Notes: a model not told the origin generated them from the sequence alone. Positions 26,083 through 39,303 are shown, counted from the first letter of the stretch. The stretch: 64,000 bases of DNA from Eledone cirrhosa (GCA_964016885.1 OZ024741.1:180482001-180546000), one strand, 5' to 3'. Made by a program: numbers and translations.

Positions 26083-26399
26083 ACCACCCTTAATAATGAG
26101 GATGATGATAAAAGAACACAGAGCTGTACTTGGTAATGCAGTGAAAGCATATAATAAAAGAATAACTACAGAATATTAATTTTCATTTCAAATTGTTTCC
26201 TCAGCAACTTAAAACTACACAAATCAACATAAATTTGAGAAAGGAAAAATCTAAAGCGGAGATGTGTAGATATTACAATGTCATATCAATAACTCCTTGG
26301 TAAATGAACCATTAGAATTATTGGGATGCTTGGTTTAAGAAAAGAATTTCAAATAACAGCAAGATACTATTATTATGGTTATGGTAAATAAGCTTGAAA

Positions 26400-27850
26400 A
26401 CAAGTCCTTGTAAGGCACAAAAAGTTGCTGCAGAGGCAATAAAGCCATTCAAAGTCAAGACATTGGGAGCACTTTAGGGTTAAGCTGGAATCCAACTTCA
26501 GATCAGCAAATAAAGTGTTCTGGCAGCCTGTCCATCACCTTCATAATAAGAAGTCCTCCTCCACATCTGCTTTCAGGAATGTGTCAGGAGTTCTCCTCTC
26601 TTCAGAGAGGTGCATCCTTGTTGGGTGGAGAGAATACTTTGCTGATCTAAACCCAATCACAACAACATCATATGATGTACACAAGATGCATCTGCGAGTG
26701 ATGACTAATATCTCGGAGGCTGGAGACACAAAAGCATAAAAAGGGCTCAAATGTGGAAAGGAGGATGAAATCTGGCACAAGATGTTGAAATCTTTAAATA
26801 GAGAAGGCATTCTCTTATTGACTTGTGTATGCCAGTTGGACTGGATCTCTGGAAAGGCACCTAAGCAATGGCAATCAGTAGTGATAATCTTAATTTTCAA
26901 AAAGGGAGACAAGAGATTGTTTCAATTACAGAGAAATCTCCTTGTTAAGCTTCCCTGGTAAAGTCTATGCTAAGTGTCTGGCAAAGTGATGCAGGGAGAT
27001 TGTCGAGTCCAAACTAGCTGATGAACAGTGTGGTTTTGCCCTGGACACAGCACAACTGACTAAATATTCACACTGTGGCCGGCCTTTGAGAAACCGTGGA
27101 AGTACTGACAAGAAGTATAATCTTGCTTTTAGACCCCAAAAAGGCATATGACCATGATTGACAGGATCTGCTGTGGAAAGTTCTGCAGGAGTATGGGATC
27201 AATGAACAGCTTATTACCCTGATGTCTCAATACAAATGCCCCAGTATTTATGTTCAGAAATATGGTACTAAATCAAAACCATTCAATGTGAGAGTCAGAC
27301 TCTGCCAAGGGTGTGTACTGTTACCTCTTCTGTATATTATTTACACGAACAGGATTGACATGTGCAGCTGGGTTGGAAGTAGCAGGTATAGAATCAGTCA
27401 GTTGGAATATGCAGTTGACATGATATTACTTAACTCGTCAGAAGGTGAACTCCAACATACATTTGATAGGCTTGATGCCAAGTTCTGCATGGCTAGACTG
27501 ACAATTAGTGTTGCGAAGACTAAGACACTTGTCCTCTCAAGGAAACCTGCAGAGTGCACTCTACATGTGAATGGAGTTCCAGGTAGAGCTGTTGTTTATT
27601 TGCATCAAGGGATCACAGCACCAGTACTAAAGATATGTGGTTAGAATGTCTAAAGAAAGAATCGCTGGACAGATTTTACGGGCAAAGTCTCAGAGGTATA
27701 CCACAAACAAGATACTTGGATAACATCCATGAGATCGGCTGGTCTCACTTGGGGATCCATCCAGATCAATTGAAGTTGGTTGCTTCTGATAGGACCCTCT
27801 TGGGGGCATATTTGAAGAATCTGCCACAACGACCCTCGTTTTGCAAAAAA
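26400..27850 (+). mobile_element. Decayed RTE-clade LINE (RT region and 3' end)
   Basis: WREYFADL..WQSVVIILIFKKGD..NYR.ISLLS.PGKVYAK..EQCGF..QGCVLLPLLYIIY..AKTKTLVLSRK, with many frameshifts. Confidence 0.85.
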
Positions 27851-28379
27851 AGAATAGTAAAAGTAGAAGATAGAGAGCAGTGAAATAGCAGGAAAGAAAA
27901 TTATAGTGTGATATAACAACGTTAAATATTTGAAAGAGAGGTGGGAGGTAAATATTTAAGAAGTAAATTAAAGAGGGAAAAGTATATTGAGGTAAGGGAG
28001 ATAAATCCCCTAAACATGCCGCATTTATTATGGTATATGTGTATATTGAAATTTTCCGTGCTAAAATTTTGTGCATGGTTTTTCCATATTTTGACTATTT
28101 ATGTGTGTATGTATATATATATATGTGTGTGTGTGTGTATTAGTTATTTTTTATTATACACCAAATTTATATACTAAAATTTGTTAACGTAATTTTATTG
28201 TATTTATTTATTTTTGCTGGTGTCATAATTAACGGAGGCCATCAATGCATCATATTTATGTGGATTTATCATGGATGCATTTGCTTTTTGTATAATATAT
28301 CACATGGGTGTGAAGGAGCATTTTCACTCAACATTTAGTCAATTTTCCTGTCTGCCTAGCAGATGTTTGTGTTTTAACA

Positions 28380-29990
28380 GCTATCCTGTGAGTGCAGGGT
28401 GAGGCACTCCTGGTGTGATGTGGAGACCAAAAACAAAAGTCAAATTTTGTGCAGTGCAAGTAAGGTATCAGAGTCTAATGAGTTTTCAGCATTAGCCACC
28501 TCTCAGCGATGCAGTACCTGTATTTCTTGGTTCTGTTGATATAGGGCCTACATCTTTCTGCAATCCTCCAGTTGATGTTGAGTTTCACAGAATCCTTTCA
28601 GTTTCCACATGTAACTGGAGAGTTTTTTTGTGTTCTTTTTCTCTCAGCAATGGAATGATGCTGTATGGTTATTATAGTGTTCTTTGAACAACCATTGTGA
28701 GCCTGACATATCACTTAAGGCTCATGTGTTTGTTGCCTTGCTTGTTGGCTCATTGATTATAGCCTCTATTTTACAGGTTTCCTCTAACTATCTAGTGGGA
28801 ATGTATCTCTAACAAACAAGGACATCTGGCTAAGTTAGGTAGTTGGGGTTTTGCTGGTTGTTATACTTTTGAAGTTGGGCATGGCGCTAGAACTGATCTT
28901 AGGGCTATGCCTGTTATGTGTCTTCCTGTATATATGGTTAGTATAGAAGTGTTAGTCTATTAGAGCTAGAAATATTCTGCCAATGTTGGTTTTGACAGTC
29001 AGTGAGAAGGGTGATCCGAATCATAGTATTTTGGCTTTTATTTATTGAGCTGTAACTAATTTTCTCCTTAAAATCGTTTGCTTCTAGGGCATCGTTGTAG
29101 AGTAGGGTTGTTTTGTTAAATATATGTCTGCTAGATGAGGAATTGGAAATGCTCCTACTTATATTTTTGACTAGATTTTTAAAACACTATTGGGGGTGTG
29201 GCAGGATCCAACGTTTATGTAGGACAGCGTATCATCTGGTTTTCTATAAGGTTTGTATTTTTTATTCTTTAGGTCTTGGGAAATTTACAGTGGTCTGGTT
29301 AGTATCTATAGTTATTTTTCAGCCAAAGAATCTAAAGGTTTGTATCATAACACTTTTTAATCTATTTTGTGTATGTCATTTGTACTGCTGAATACCACTA
29401 GGGTATCCTATTTGTATAGACTGCAGCATGCAGATGCGTAAAGGGAAAGGTATTCAGTGTGTATAAGCCAACCAAATCACATACATTTGCTCTGTCAAAC
29501 AAGACCATGCTGACCTTGAATGATCCATTTGGGTCTGTATTTTTTCTCATTGTGTAGCCTGGTTGAAGAGCAGTGTCCTCCTTGTATGCATTATAATTTT
29601 ACAATCCTGGAGTAGATTCTATTGGTAAAATCTAATCCTCTATATAAAAGGTCTCTGGAGATCAAAGGACAAAAGTCTACAATGTCCCATTGGATAAACC
29701 TGATGCTCCTCTTACTACTGGTATTGTTAAACCATCTAATTACTTCCCCATTGTTTGTTCACAGCTTTAAGTTGGTAGTCATTTTAATGTTGATATGAAT
29801 GTTTCTTAAAATGTTTTTTCTAACAATGGCGATTTCTGATTTGAATAGATTTATTAATCTACACTTAGGACTGCAGACAAAGTTATCTTTAGGGTCCTTA
29901 ATGGTGATAGAGACATTTTTCTTGAACAGCATCTCTATTCTATCATCCAATCTTAGCTTGGTTGATACTATCGTAGATGTTTGGCCTAGC
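28380..29990 (-). mobile_element. Decayed Penelope-like element, probably Naiad clade (RT plus C-terminal GIY-YIG)
   Basis: Minus strand across frameshifts: ITIKDPKDNFVCSPKCRLINLFKSEIAIVRKNIL; FIQWDIVDFCP; HYNNHTASF..LSSYMWKLK..INWRI..YCIAE. Clade assignment is from memory of these motifs. Confidence 0.75.
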
Positions 29991-30898
29991 TGTCATATAG
30001 CTGCTAGTGATGCTATTTTTCAGTAAGTGGTTGTAGGTGGTTCTATTTGTCTGAAAATTAAAAAATAATTCTCAAGAGTTGCTTCCCCTAGATCAGAAAA
30101 ACAATTAAAAAAGAGAAAAAGTTTTTCTCATCTCTTAGAAAAAAAATGAAAAAATATAACTAATCCTGGCAATGTTTAAAACCACCATCTATACATTGTC
30201 ATTGCTTCAAACACTTTACCAACTAGATGACCAAGGTAACAACAATACTAAAGGAAAAGTTAATATATTTAAACCTACTTCCTATTTGGTTGATAATATT
30301 TGACTGCTATTTCGTGCAGGATGAGTGTCTGCAGATATAGGCAGGCTCTCTTCTTATACTATATATTACACACTAGATATATGAGATAACTATTACATAT
30401 ATATATATATACACTCCTTTAATCCTTAAATGTTATACATATATATTTATACACATATATATCCAGTAAAAAATGATTTATCTGTGTGAGCTGGGATGCT
30501 GCTTTGGTAAAAACAGGAGTAAGGAGGAGAGAGAGCTCTCTACATTTGTCGTGCATAGTTACAATGGAGATTCAGTATAAGAATAACATTAAGGAAGATG
30601 CTATGTTTAAATAAAGCGTCTATTTATTATAATTATTTCTATGGCGACCAATATGCAATTCAAGATGCAGTAGTTGCATTAGTACCATTCATTACATAAA
30701 CAATATTTTTGCTAATGTTTTATTTACAGAGAATGCAGATATGCATGCATAGTGCATAGACCATACATTTCTGATGAATTCATAGGGAAGTTGGCACAAC
30801 ATATCTTAAACCTGACAGAGCCCATCTCCAGGTCTAAACATAGTTGAATAATTGACCCCAGTTTTTGACTTCTACTTTATATATATATATATATATAT

Positions 30899-30899
<1 letters not shown>

Positions 30900-30933
<34 letters not shown>

Positions 30934-32242
30934 ACATCCGCTTTTCCCTGCTTGCAAGGGTGGGACAGGTCCTATTCAGCACAGCATCTCTCCACTTGTC
31001 ACGATCCTTCGTCATCTCCTCCGTGAGCTTCAGCAATCTGAGGTCTGCTCTCACCACCTCTGCCCATATTTTTCATGGTCTTCCTCTACTGCGTCTTCCT
31101 TCTACTGGGATTTCTTGGCACTTCTTTACCCAGCGGTCATCCTCCATGTGCATCACATGTCCATACCATCTCAGTCTTCTCTCCTGCACACCACAACTTA
31201 TCCCTCTTAAACACAGTTTCTCTCTCAACTCTTCTATGCTTGGTCGTTCACGCACATTGTCATTGCACATCCAACGGAGCATGCTTGCCTCATTTCTCTC
31301 CAGCCATTGCATATCCTCTGCAGTTTCTGCCCATGTCTCTACCATGCAGCATCACGCATCTTGCACATGCATATAACCGGTCTTTCGTATGCAGGGAGAA
31401 ACCCTTCTTTGTCAACAAAGGAAGTAGCTCCCTAAACTTCTTCCAACCCGTCTTTATTCTAGATACTATGGCCTCAGAACACCCCCTCCCATGCTAATCT
31501 GATCACCTAGGTACCGGAAGCTATCAACCACTTCTATAGAACCCACCTGCATTTGAAAAATGTGTCTATCACTGCGATTACTACTGTCAAATTTCCCTGT
31601 ACATCTACTGCATACATAGTTTTCCCTACCTGTTAGTTTTCCAGCTATCCCACTACATCTCTTGTGCACTCAGGATCTGCATTGTGTGCATTTTATAGAA
31701 TTTATGCCAGTTCCTTTACATATCGAACATGACCATTTCCCTGATGAAATCAGAGTTTTGTCCTCTTTTCTACTTATCAACACTTTTGTCTTAGCTATAT
31801 TCACTCTCAGTCCTCATAATTCCAACTGCTGTTTCCATAGCCAGGAATTTTTCTCTAGCTCTTCTACTGATTCTGCTATAAGAACCAGATCGTCAGCATA
31901 GAGGAGTTCCCATGGGCAGCCAGTCTTAAACTCCTCTGTTATGGCTTGGAGGACTATAATGAACAAGAGCGGGCTGAGGACCGAACCCTGATGTACACCT
32001 ACTTGTATCTGGAATTCCTCACTAAACTCCATTCCTACCCTCACTTTACTGACAGCATCTCTGTACATAGCTTGCACTGTCCTCACAAGCCATTCCTCTA
32101 CACCTAGTTTCCTTAGGGACCACCAGATGACAGATAGGGATTCCCTATCAAAGGCCTTCTCTAGGTCAACAAAAGCTAAGTATAGTGGCTTATTCTTCTC
32201 TAAGAACCGCTCTTGTAGTTGTCTCACTAAGAAGAGAGCATC
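30900..32242 (-). mobile_element. RTE-clade LINE, 5'-truncated, with (GAT)n tail
   Basis: FVDLEKAFDR..HQGSVLSPLLF..LLYADDLVL..FRYLG..LRWYGHV..RSRGRP, tail (gat)n, inserted in (TA)n. Confidence 0.93.
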
Positions 32243-32509
32243 TATATATATATAATATATATATATAATATATATATATATATTATATACATACATACAC
32301 GCATATCTGCATTCTCTTTAAATAGAATATATACATATATATCATATATATTTGTGTGGGTGTTGAACCTCCATTGTGTAGATTGTGTGGAGTAATAGAA
32401 GAAATGGTAACCCATATAGTTAGTGCATGTAGTGTATTGGTATAAAAATAATACAAGTAAAGTCACAATAATGTGGAGAGATCCCCAAAATGGTATGAAC
32501 ACAAGCCTA

Positions 32510-34080
32510 AGGCCATGCTGGAAAATCAGTGTGTGAAGCTTTTATGGGACTTCGCAAGAACTAATCAGCTACAGATAGACAAGAAAAAAGACATTGTCTC
32601 TTGATTGACTTAGTGGTATCTGGCGATGACAAGGTGGCAGAAAAAGAGGGTGAAAAGGATGAAAATGATCAAACCCTGAAACATGAAATTAAGCAAGTTT
32701 GGGAATAGAATAGAGTAAAGGTCATTCCAGTAGTTGTTGGAGCTCTTGGTGTCATGACAATGAAAATGAAAAATTGGATTTCAAAGATTGTTGAAAAGTG
32801 GACTAAGTTGCTGCAAAAAACTGTGCACCTGGGAGCAACCAGAATTTTGAGAAAGTACTACAGATGTAGTGGTTGATGAGGAACTGCAAGGCCCTGGGTC
32901 ATTTATTATGACCCACTTCTGCAAGGCAATTTTGTCGACAGAAAGATCAGACTAAGTATGAAGAAATAATAATAATATTAATGTTGATGATCATGACACA
33001 ACTAAGAAAACCAGGAAAAGAAAGAAAATGAAAGTATTAAAGAAATATAACAGAAAAGGAATCCAGTGACATTAAGGAATGCTTAAAACAACAAATACTT
33101 GAAAAGGCACAACAAATCTGCAGATATGTAAAACAGCAACAGATTTTCACTACAACTCAAAATGACTCTACCAGGAACTTAGTAGAAGCAAAACAAAAGA
33201 AGTGGAAGAGTTGAGAGGATTGTGGGCAGCAGTGGAAGTGCCATGCACAGACTAGTTAGAACAATAAACACAGTACAGTACCTAAACAACCGTGAGAAAA
33301 TATCACAACAGAGGAAGTGTGTAACACACAGAAAAAAATGGCAGCAACTAGAAGGCACAGGGACATTACAAGATCTCAAACTTCCAGTTGAAATATTTAA
33401 CTGGCAGAGGTGTAACTAGGAAAAATAGCATCTATGGTGAGCAGTGAGATTGTGCCCCTGTCTACCACTGTATTTTTAACTATGAGCCTAATAATTTATA
33501 TAAATGGTTTAATGATCCAGCCACCATAGTGCTTCTCACCTGTGATAATCAAAGACAGGTCATACATCTGAAGAAGTTTCTTTTTTCACTCTTTGGCAAT
33601 AGCTTATCTGACTTTAATAGAAAGTGCTCTTAGTCCAAGTGGCAACCCCCTTCCAATGATGCCCATGGCATGTGCCATGCTTGCCATACTCTAGTTAACC
33701 CTCTGTTAACAGTAACACATGCTGTATTGGCAATAAAGTTAAATGAGATGTTGCTAGAATGAGAAATAACATCCGACTGTCATTATTGGGAAAAACCAAC
33801 CTGATCCTCAAAAATAATGACACAACAAACCTCTAAAACTATAGGTCCATAACATGCCTTCCTACAGCCTACAAGAACTTAACTACAATAATATCAAAGA
33901 AACTGAGCAAGCATCTGGAAAAAAAAAACAACCTCTTCCAGAAATGCAAAAAGACTCATATGGCTGGAAAAACCAATAAGTTATCAACAAAGGCATAACA
34001 AAAAACTGCAGAAAAAGAAAAATAATATCAGCATGGCATGGATTGATTACCAGAAGGTTTTTGACAGGTTGGTCCATTGA
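32510..34080 (+). mobile_element. Decayed R4/Dong-like LINE fragments (endonuclease end 32510-32960; RT N-part 33000-34080)
   Basis: KLLWDF..IPVVVGALG, and NYRSITCLPTAYK..WIDYQKVFD. Confidence 0.7.
33405..33705. mobile_element. hAT-like MITE inserted in a LINE remnant
   Basis: Ends CAGAGGTGTAACTAG / CTAGTTAACCCTCTG, with imperfect 8-bp flanks ttaactgg / ttaacagt. Confidence 0.65.
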
Positions 34081-35841
34081 ATGTAAGATAGGAATAGGAT
34101 TTATTGTTGCTATTGGTGGAGGATTAATAGGCTTTTGAGTAATATGTGAGCATCCTATGACATGTCTTCTATCACTTTATTGTGCGACCATTTACTGTTA
34201 CCTGTTGGCGTCCATAATGTTGTGTTTGTTTCGGAATCATAGTTTATTTCTGCTGGCATGTTTAAATTGATTTTATTGTCGGTGGAGAATATACTGTATT
34301 AAATGTATAGTAGCTCAGTATGTTGAACTGACTAGGATTTTGATTAACCCATGTGTATGAATAAGTGTCATTTGCATATAATTGTTTCTACTTTTGGCAC
34401 AAGGCCAGCAATTATCCCACTGTATTACTGGTACTTTATTTTATCAACCCCATAAGGATGAAAGGCAAAGTCAACCTCGGCGGGATTTGAGCCAATCCAC
34501 TATATAATTGTTTCCAATCATCAGCATTCCTTTTATGATAGTATTTCTTGTGCATTTAATGTTTGCTCACTTACTGTTGGTGCTGTCTTGCCTTGCTATA
34601 ACCACCAGTCTTTTCATAATTTTCTTTACACTGTTAAATGTTTTAATTTCTTTTGTCTCTAGTTGAGACTGAATGAATGAGTGAATCGTTATACAACCAG
34701 ACAAATGAATCAGTCACACACACATGTACACCAGGTCCGAACACAAAGGAACCAAATTCCTCCTGTCACTGCCTCAGTCTCTCCTGCTCTCCCCAGCTCT
34801 CATTATTATGAGAAAATGGGGGCTTACGCTGTCTTATAATAATGTCCAGAGTAATTTTGCATTCTTTAAATCGTCATTGATTTATTTATTTAATGAAGAT
34901 GTCTTCTATTTTTTAAATCATGCTTTTTTAAATGCTGGAGGCATTGATCTCAGTAAAGCACCTAAATCATAATTCGTTAGTCTGTGAACAGTCTGTTTCA
35001 TATGTATTACACTTTTCGCTATATAGCTTGCTACACTGTTTACTTTTGCTGCACAATCTAAGAAGTTCTTATCAGGTTCCTCAATTGTAACCTTATCATC
35101 CTTGTATTCTAAGTCGTGTTCTCTACATCAATTGTCTGAAACATTTACAGTTTTTTTGTTTTTTTTTGTCACATTTATCTGTAAAAGGGCCACAATAATT
35201 ATCGCTTAATTTCAAATCTCCATAGTTCATTGTTTTCTTTTTTTCTGATGATTGGGAACAGAAAAAGTCCGTGTAGCAGGCTTGCACTCTTTTCAGCAAC
35301 TGAAGAATAGGTGCCAAAATACTCTTTACATACCCTACTTCCTTTGTTCTAGAACGTTAGTAGTAGTAATAAATTTCGCTTACTAACCCGAAATTCCCCG
35401 ACCTTTACAAGAAACCATTATCAGCACATGACCGATGTCACTGCATGTTGCACCATCCCTTTTTGTACCGGTAAGTTTGCCGGGTGCACGCGCGCGTTCA
35501 AGGGCAATTACTCAGCAGTAACGCTGCCAGTGTGATCGCTTGCCTCTAAAAGTATTAGAGGGAGACTCCAGCACCACCTGTGGTGAGTGGCCGATTAGCA
35601 AACTTAGTGTTGACTGAATATTTTCTTTCGTTTGATTCTATATTTTCATGTGAAATATTTATGCAATTAAGTAATAGAGATGTATGTATGTATGTATTTA
35701 TTTGACTGAGGAGATGGGACTGTCCGTCTTCCCGTTGCTTTTTTTCCATTGTCTTTGTCCTGTGCACTCCCCATTTTGAATTTATATTCTAAAGACTTAC
35801 CCATGTGGGCTTTTTAAAAAACTACTATATAATGGACATCA

Positions 35842-35892
<51 letters not shown>

Positions 35893-35990
35893 TTGGATTT
35901 TAGTCTTCAAATTTATTATTATTACTATATATATATATATATATATATATATCAATGATATTAATAAATGCAGACTATATTTATAAAACC

Positions 35991-36282
35991 ATATTTACGA
36001 TGCTGCGAATATGGTGTGGTTTCCACAAACGATTATCAGGTAGGTTCTAAGGAAAATTCCGCGAATGTCCAGGGTACACTGTATATATTTTTCATAAAAG
36101 TGGAAGATTGATGGTGCACGCGAGACTTATCTACTACGATTAATCGGATACCATCGTGAAATTCTGAGTACCGACGAAAACACGCTTTGTTGCAATGCAT
36201 TTTAAATAACATAAAATATCTCTATATTTACATGTTGAGAGCTCCTTCTGTAATCGCAATTCATACACAGATAACGATACAT

Positions 36283-36330
<48 letters not shown>

Positions 36331-36598
36331 AGCTCTCAACATGTAAATATAGAGATATTTTATGTTATTTAAAATGCATTGCAACAAAGCGTGTTTTCGT
36401 CGGTACTCAGAATTTCACGATGGTATCCGATTAATCGTAGTAGATAAGTCTCGCGTGCACCATCAATCTTCCACTTTTATGAAAAATATATACAGTGTAC
36501 TCTGGGCATTCGCGGCCCCGTTATTCGCGGAATTTTCCTTAGAACCTAACTAATAATCGTTTGTGGAAAACACAGCATATTCGCAGCATCGTAAATAT
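35991..36598. repeat. Long inverted repeat (arms 35991-36245 and 36329-36598) around a (CA)/(TA)n spacer
   Basis: The inner ~170 bp are identical in reverse complement. The outer ~80 bp have ~6 mismatches and a 15-bp indel. Confidence 0.95.
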
Positions 36599-36791
36599 CT
36601 TCCGCGGTTTTTTCGTGGCAATACATATTTTTTCACGCTTTTTAACACTAAATTATTAATAGCAATATAATACTGTATTTGCCAGCCTATATTTTACGTT
36701 GTTTTGATGTGTATAGGTATTTTTATGGACCACGTCCAATATTCGCAGGTGTTCTAGGAACGTAACCCTCACGAATACCGGGGAACATCTG
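36493..36791. mobile_element. Tc1/pogo-like MITE
   Basis: TA|CAGTGTACTC..ATTCGCGG start, repeated ATTCGC(G/A)G subterminal motifs, CGAATACCGGGGAACATCTG end. Confidence 0.6.
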
Positions 36792-37124
36792 CATATGCTT
36801 TTTGGAGTCTTGTTTACTTCAGGTTCTGTATGACTTTAAAGAATTTTTCTCGTCTAGGGGAAGCAACTTTTAAAGAGTTGCATGAATTTTGTACTATCCT
36901 TCGTTTCTGGTCTCCACGTAACCAGACAGAAACGACACATACGGTGCACCTTACTTTGCACTCCCTGGTAGCTGCCACAACCTTGACATCCTCTAGGCAG
37001 CTAAAAAAATATACTGGACATCGAGTGAAAATTCAAAATCGAAACGAAGAAAGAAATAAAAGCATACTGCAGAAAAAAGTAACATTTTTCTAAGAGTTAC
37101 CTCCCCTAGATGAAAAATACGATA

Positions 37125-37156
<32 letters not shown>

Positions 37157-37679
37157 GTTTGTGTGTGCATGTGTGACTGTGCGTGCGGGATATCTTTGGA
37201 TAAAATGCCAAGTAAAACAATGTTCAAGAGAACTTATTTAGTTTATATTAAATTTCATACAATTAACATGTATACGTGACCTTAGGTATCGGGGTCCAGT
37301 AAAGGCCACCACTGTGACTGATTTGTTATTTTGTGTCTCTCCTTTGTTCTGTCCTACTTTAATAAATAAACAACCATTCGGTTATTGAACCAACCAACCG
37401 GGATTTATAATAAATTGAAGTGAAATCTATCAGGTATGTGTGTTTTTATTGGCAGCATGACCCTCCCAAAGCATAACAAAATATCTGTTTCAACACATGT
37501 TTTCAGATAGAAATCTTGCAAAGCAAATTAAAAAATAAAGTATATATATATATATATAGGAGGTGAGTTTTATTGTAGTACAATAAAGCAATGCAGATAT
37601 CGGATAAGAAGCACTCTACAGTTTGTGGGACTGGAGTATGCATAATATAAGATCAAAAGATGGTTAAAGGAGTTCAATA

Positions 37680-37750
37680 TATTTTATTATGCGCATTTCA
37701 AAAACAAACATCATCAAACAATAATATTTGTGTTTTCATCAGATAAAACA
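37680..37750 (-). ncRNA. Type I hammerhead ribozyme, family A, inverted copy
   Basis: Exact reverse complement of 37836-37906. Confidence 0.85.
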
Positions 37751-37835
37751 GGAGAACATGATATGAAGGCTAAAAATGTTGATTTAAAACTGCACTATCA
37801 ACAAGTGTTTTTTTAGCCTTCATATCATGTTCTCC

Positions 37836-37906
37836 TGTTTTATCTGATGAAAACACAAATATTATTGTTTGATGATGTTTGTTTTTGAAATGCGCATAAT
37901 AAAATA
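37836..37906 (+). ncRNA. Type I hammerhead ribozyme, family A (long stem II, palindromic stem III)
   Basis: Stem I UGUUUUAU/AUAAAAUA (8 bp), CUGAUGA at 37844-37850, 16-bp stem II with one mismatch and GUUU loop, GAAA, stem III palindrome AUGCGCAU, predicted cleavage after A37898. Confidence 0.85.
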
Positions 37907-37970
37907 TATTGAACTCCTTTAACCATCTTTTGATCTTATATTATATATATATATATATATTATAATAATG

Positions 37971-38361
37971 ATTTTTACTATCGGCACAAGGCCAGCAATT
38001 TGGGCGAGGAGAAAGTCGATTAAATCGACTCCAGTCCATTACTGGTATTTTATTTTATCGATCCCGTAAGGATGAAAGGCAGAGTTAACCTCGGCGGGAT
38101 TTGAACTCAGAACCTAAAAGGCCATAACTCTATGCTGCAAAGCACGGTGTCCGACGCTCTACTGATACTACCAATAATAATAATGATAATTGTTTCTACG
38201 TTAGCAATTACCCAGTGTATTACTGGTACTTTATTTTATCGACCCCGTAAGGATGAAAGGCAAAGTTAACCTCGGCGGGATTTGAACTCAGAATGGCAAG
38301 GGCCGTAATTCTATGCGTCAAAGCATGGCGTCCGACCCTCTACCGATACTACCAATCCACC
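37971..38361 (-). mobile_element. Two tRNA-derived SINE copies
   Basis: Same family as 431-622. Confidence 0.88.
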
Positions 38362-38554
38362 TTTATAATAATGATAATAATCTTGCACATTATCACACTC
38401 CCCTTTCTATGTTCTCTTCCCTTCTCGCTATCTATCTCTCACTCACACTTTCCCACACCTTCCCTTATTTCTGTATGTTTTGCCTTTTTCATTTCATTTT
38501 TTCTCTTTCTCACTCTCTCTCTTCCTTACCCAACTTTTCTCTATCAGTTATCAA

Positions 38555-39076
38555 CTTATGATCGCTTCGGTCTGATAATCAACATCCAGAAGACCAAAAT
38601 ACTTGCACAACTTGCTCCAAACTCAACTTTACCATCTCCATTACACAACCGAAACAAGTAAATCAGTCCCAATAACTCAGATGTAACCTCTCCACACAAT
38701 GTAACTCTGAGGAGAGAATCCAGGTTCGTCGTGTCACTTTTTAGAAAACTCTTCCATTGTCTTCGGAAACAATAAACATGAAACTATAAAGCAACGCTAC
38801 AAAGACCAGTTGAAACAGACGATGACGATCACCAACACCGACCATATGTCCTGCGAAAAACACGTAGAAGATAGAATAGTGTGGTGTCATCTTACCACGA
38901 CCAGTACAGAGCACTTTGAGAAAAATCACCGGAGTACTGAAGAGGATAAAAGGCTGGGACTAAAACTTCGCCAATTCCATCGTAGGTCCCCACCGACTGT
39001 CAGCTGGGACTTGTGTGGACGATTTTCCTTTGCAAAAATCGGCCTTGCTAGCCACAGGACACACTGTCAGGGATGA
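38555..39076 (+). mobile_element. Decayed RTE/BovB-like LINE fragments
   Basis: DRFGLIINIQKTKILAQ, RYKDQLKQT, and a C-terminal CGRFSFAKIGLASHRTHC zinc-finger-like end. Confidence 0.7.
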
Positions 39077-39259
39077 GAAAATTGAAAAAATGGAAAAATA
39101 TATTCGATAATAAAGAATAGCTGACGATGACAATATATATATATATATGTGTATAAGAATTTCGTATCTCCAAAGAAATACGGTTTTAGGAAGACGTAGT
39201 TATGCGAACAACGGGGGGCTAACGCCCTCTGGTGATGTCCAGCAGAAGCAAGGGGAACA

Positions 39260-39303
39260 ACCATCTATGCATTTCAGGCTTAACTTGTCTTCGTCAGGAC
39301 GGT
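39260..39303 (-). ncRNA. Minimal type I hammerhead ribozyme, family B
   Basis: Minus: ACCGUC CUGACGA AGACAAGUUAAGCCU GAAA UGCA UA GAUGGU. 6-bp stem I, stem II 3 of 4 pairs, stem III palindrome AUGCAU. Confidence 0.8.

Larger units (their letters stand above)
37642..37944. repeat. Perfect 135-bp inverted repeat (37642-37776 / 37810-37944) with one hammerhead per arm
   Basis: Arms identical in reverse complement by eye, 33-nt spacer, ends in (TA)n. Confidence 0.95.

Noticed and set aside
30770-30800. CTGATGA motif (also at 31741 and 35245)
   Set aside because: No stem II-GAAA-UH-stem I context, as expected for chance matches.
35566-35592. CTCF-like motif (minus CCACAGGTGGTGCTG)
   Set aside because: One base short of consensus spacing, and cannot be supported from sequence alone.
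36100-36200. Hammerhead in the 36-kb inverted repeat arms (TTGATGG..GAGA)
   Set aside because: Three core mismatches and weak stems, so not supportable.
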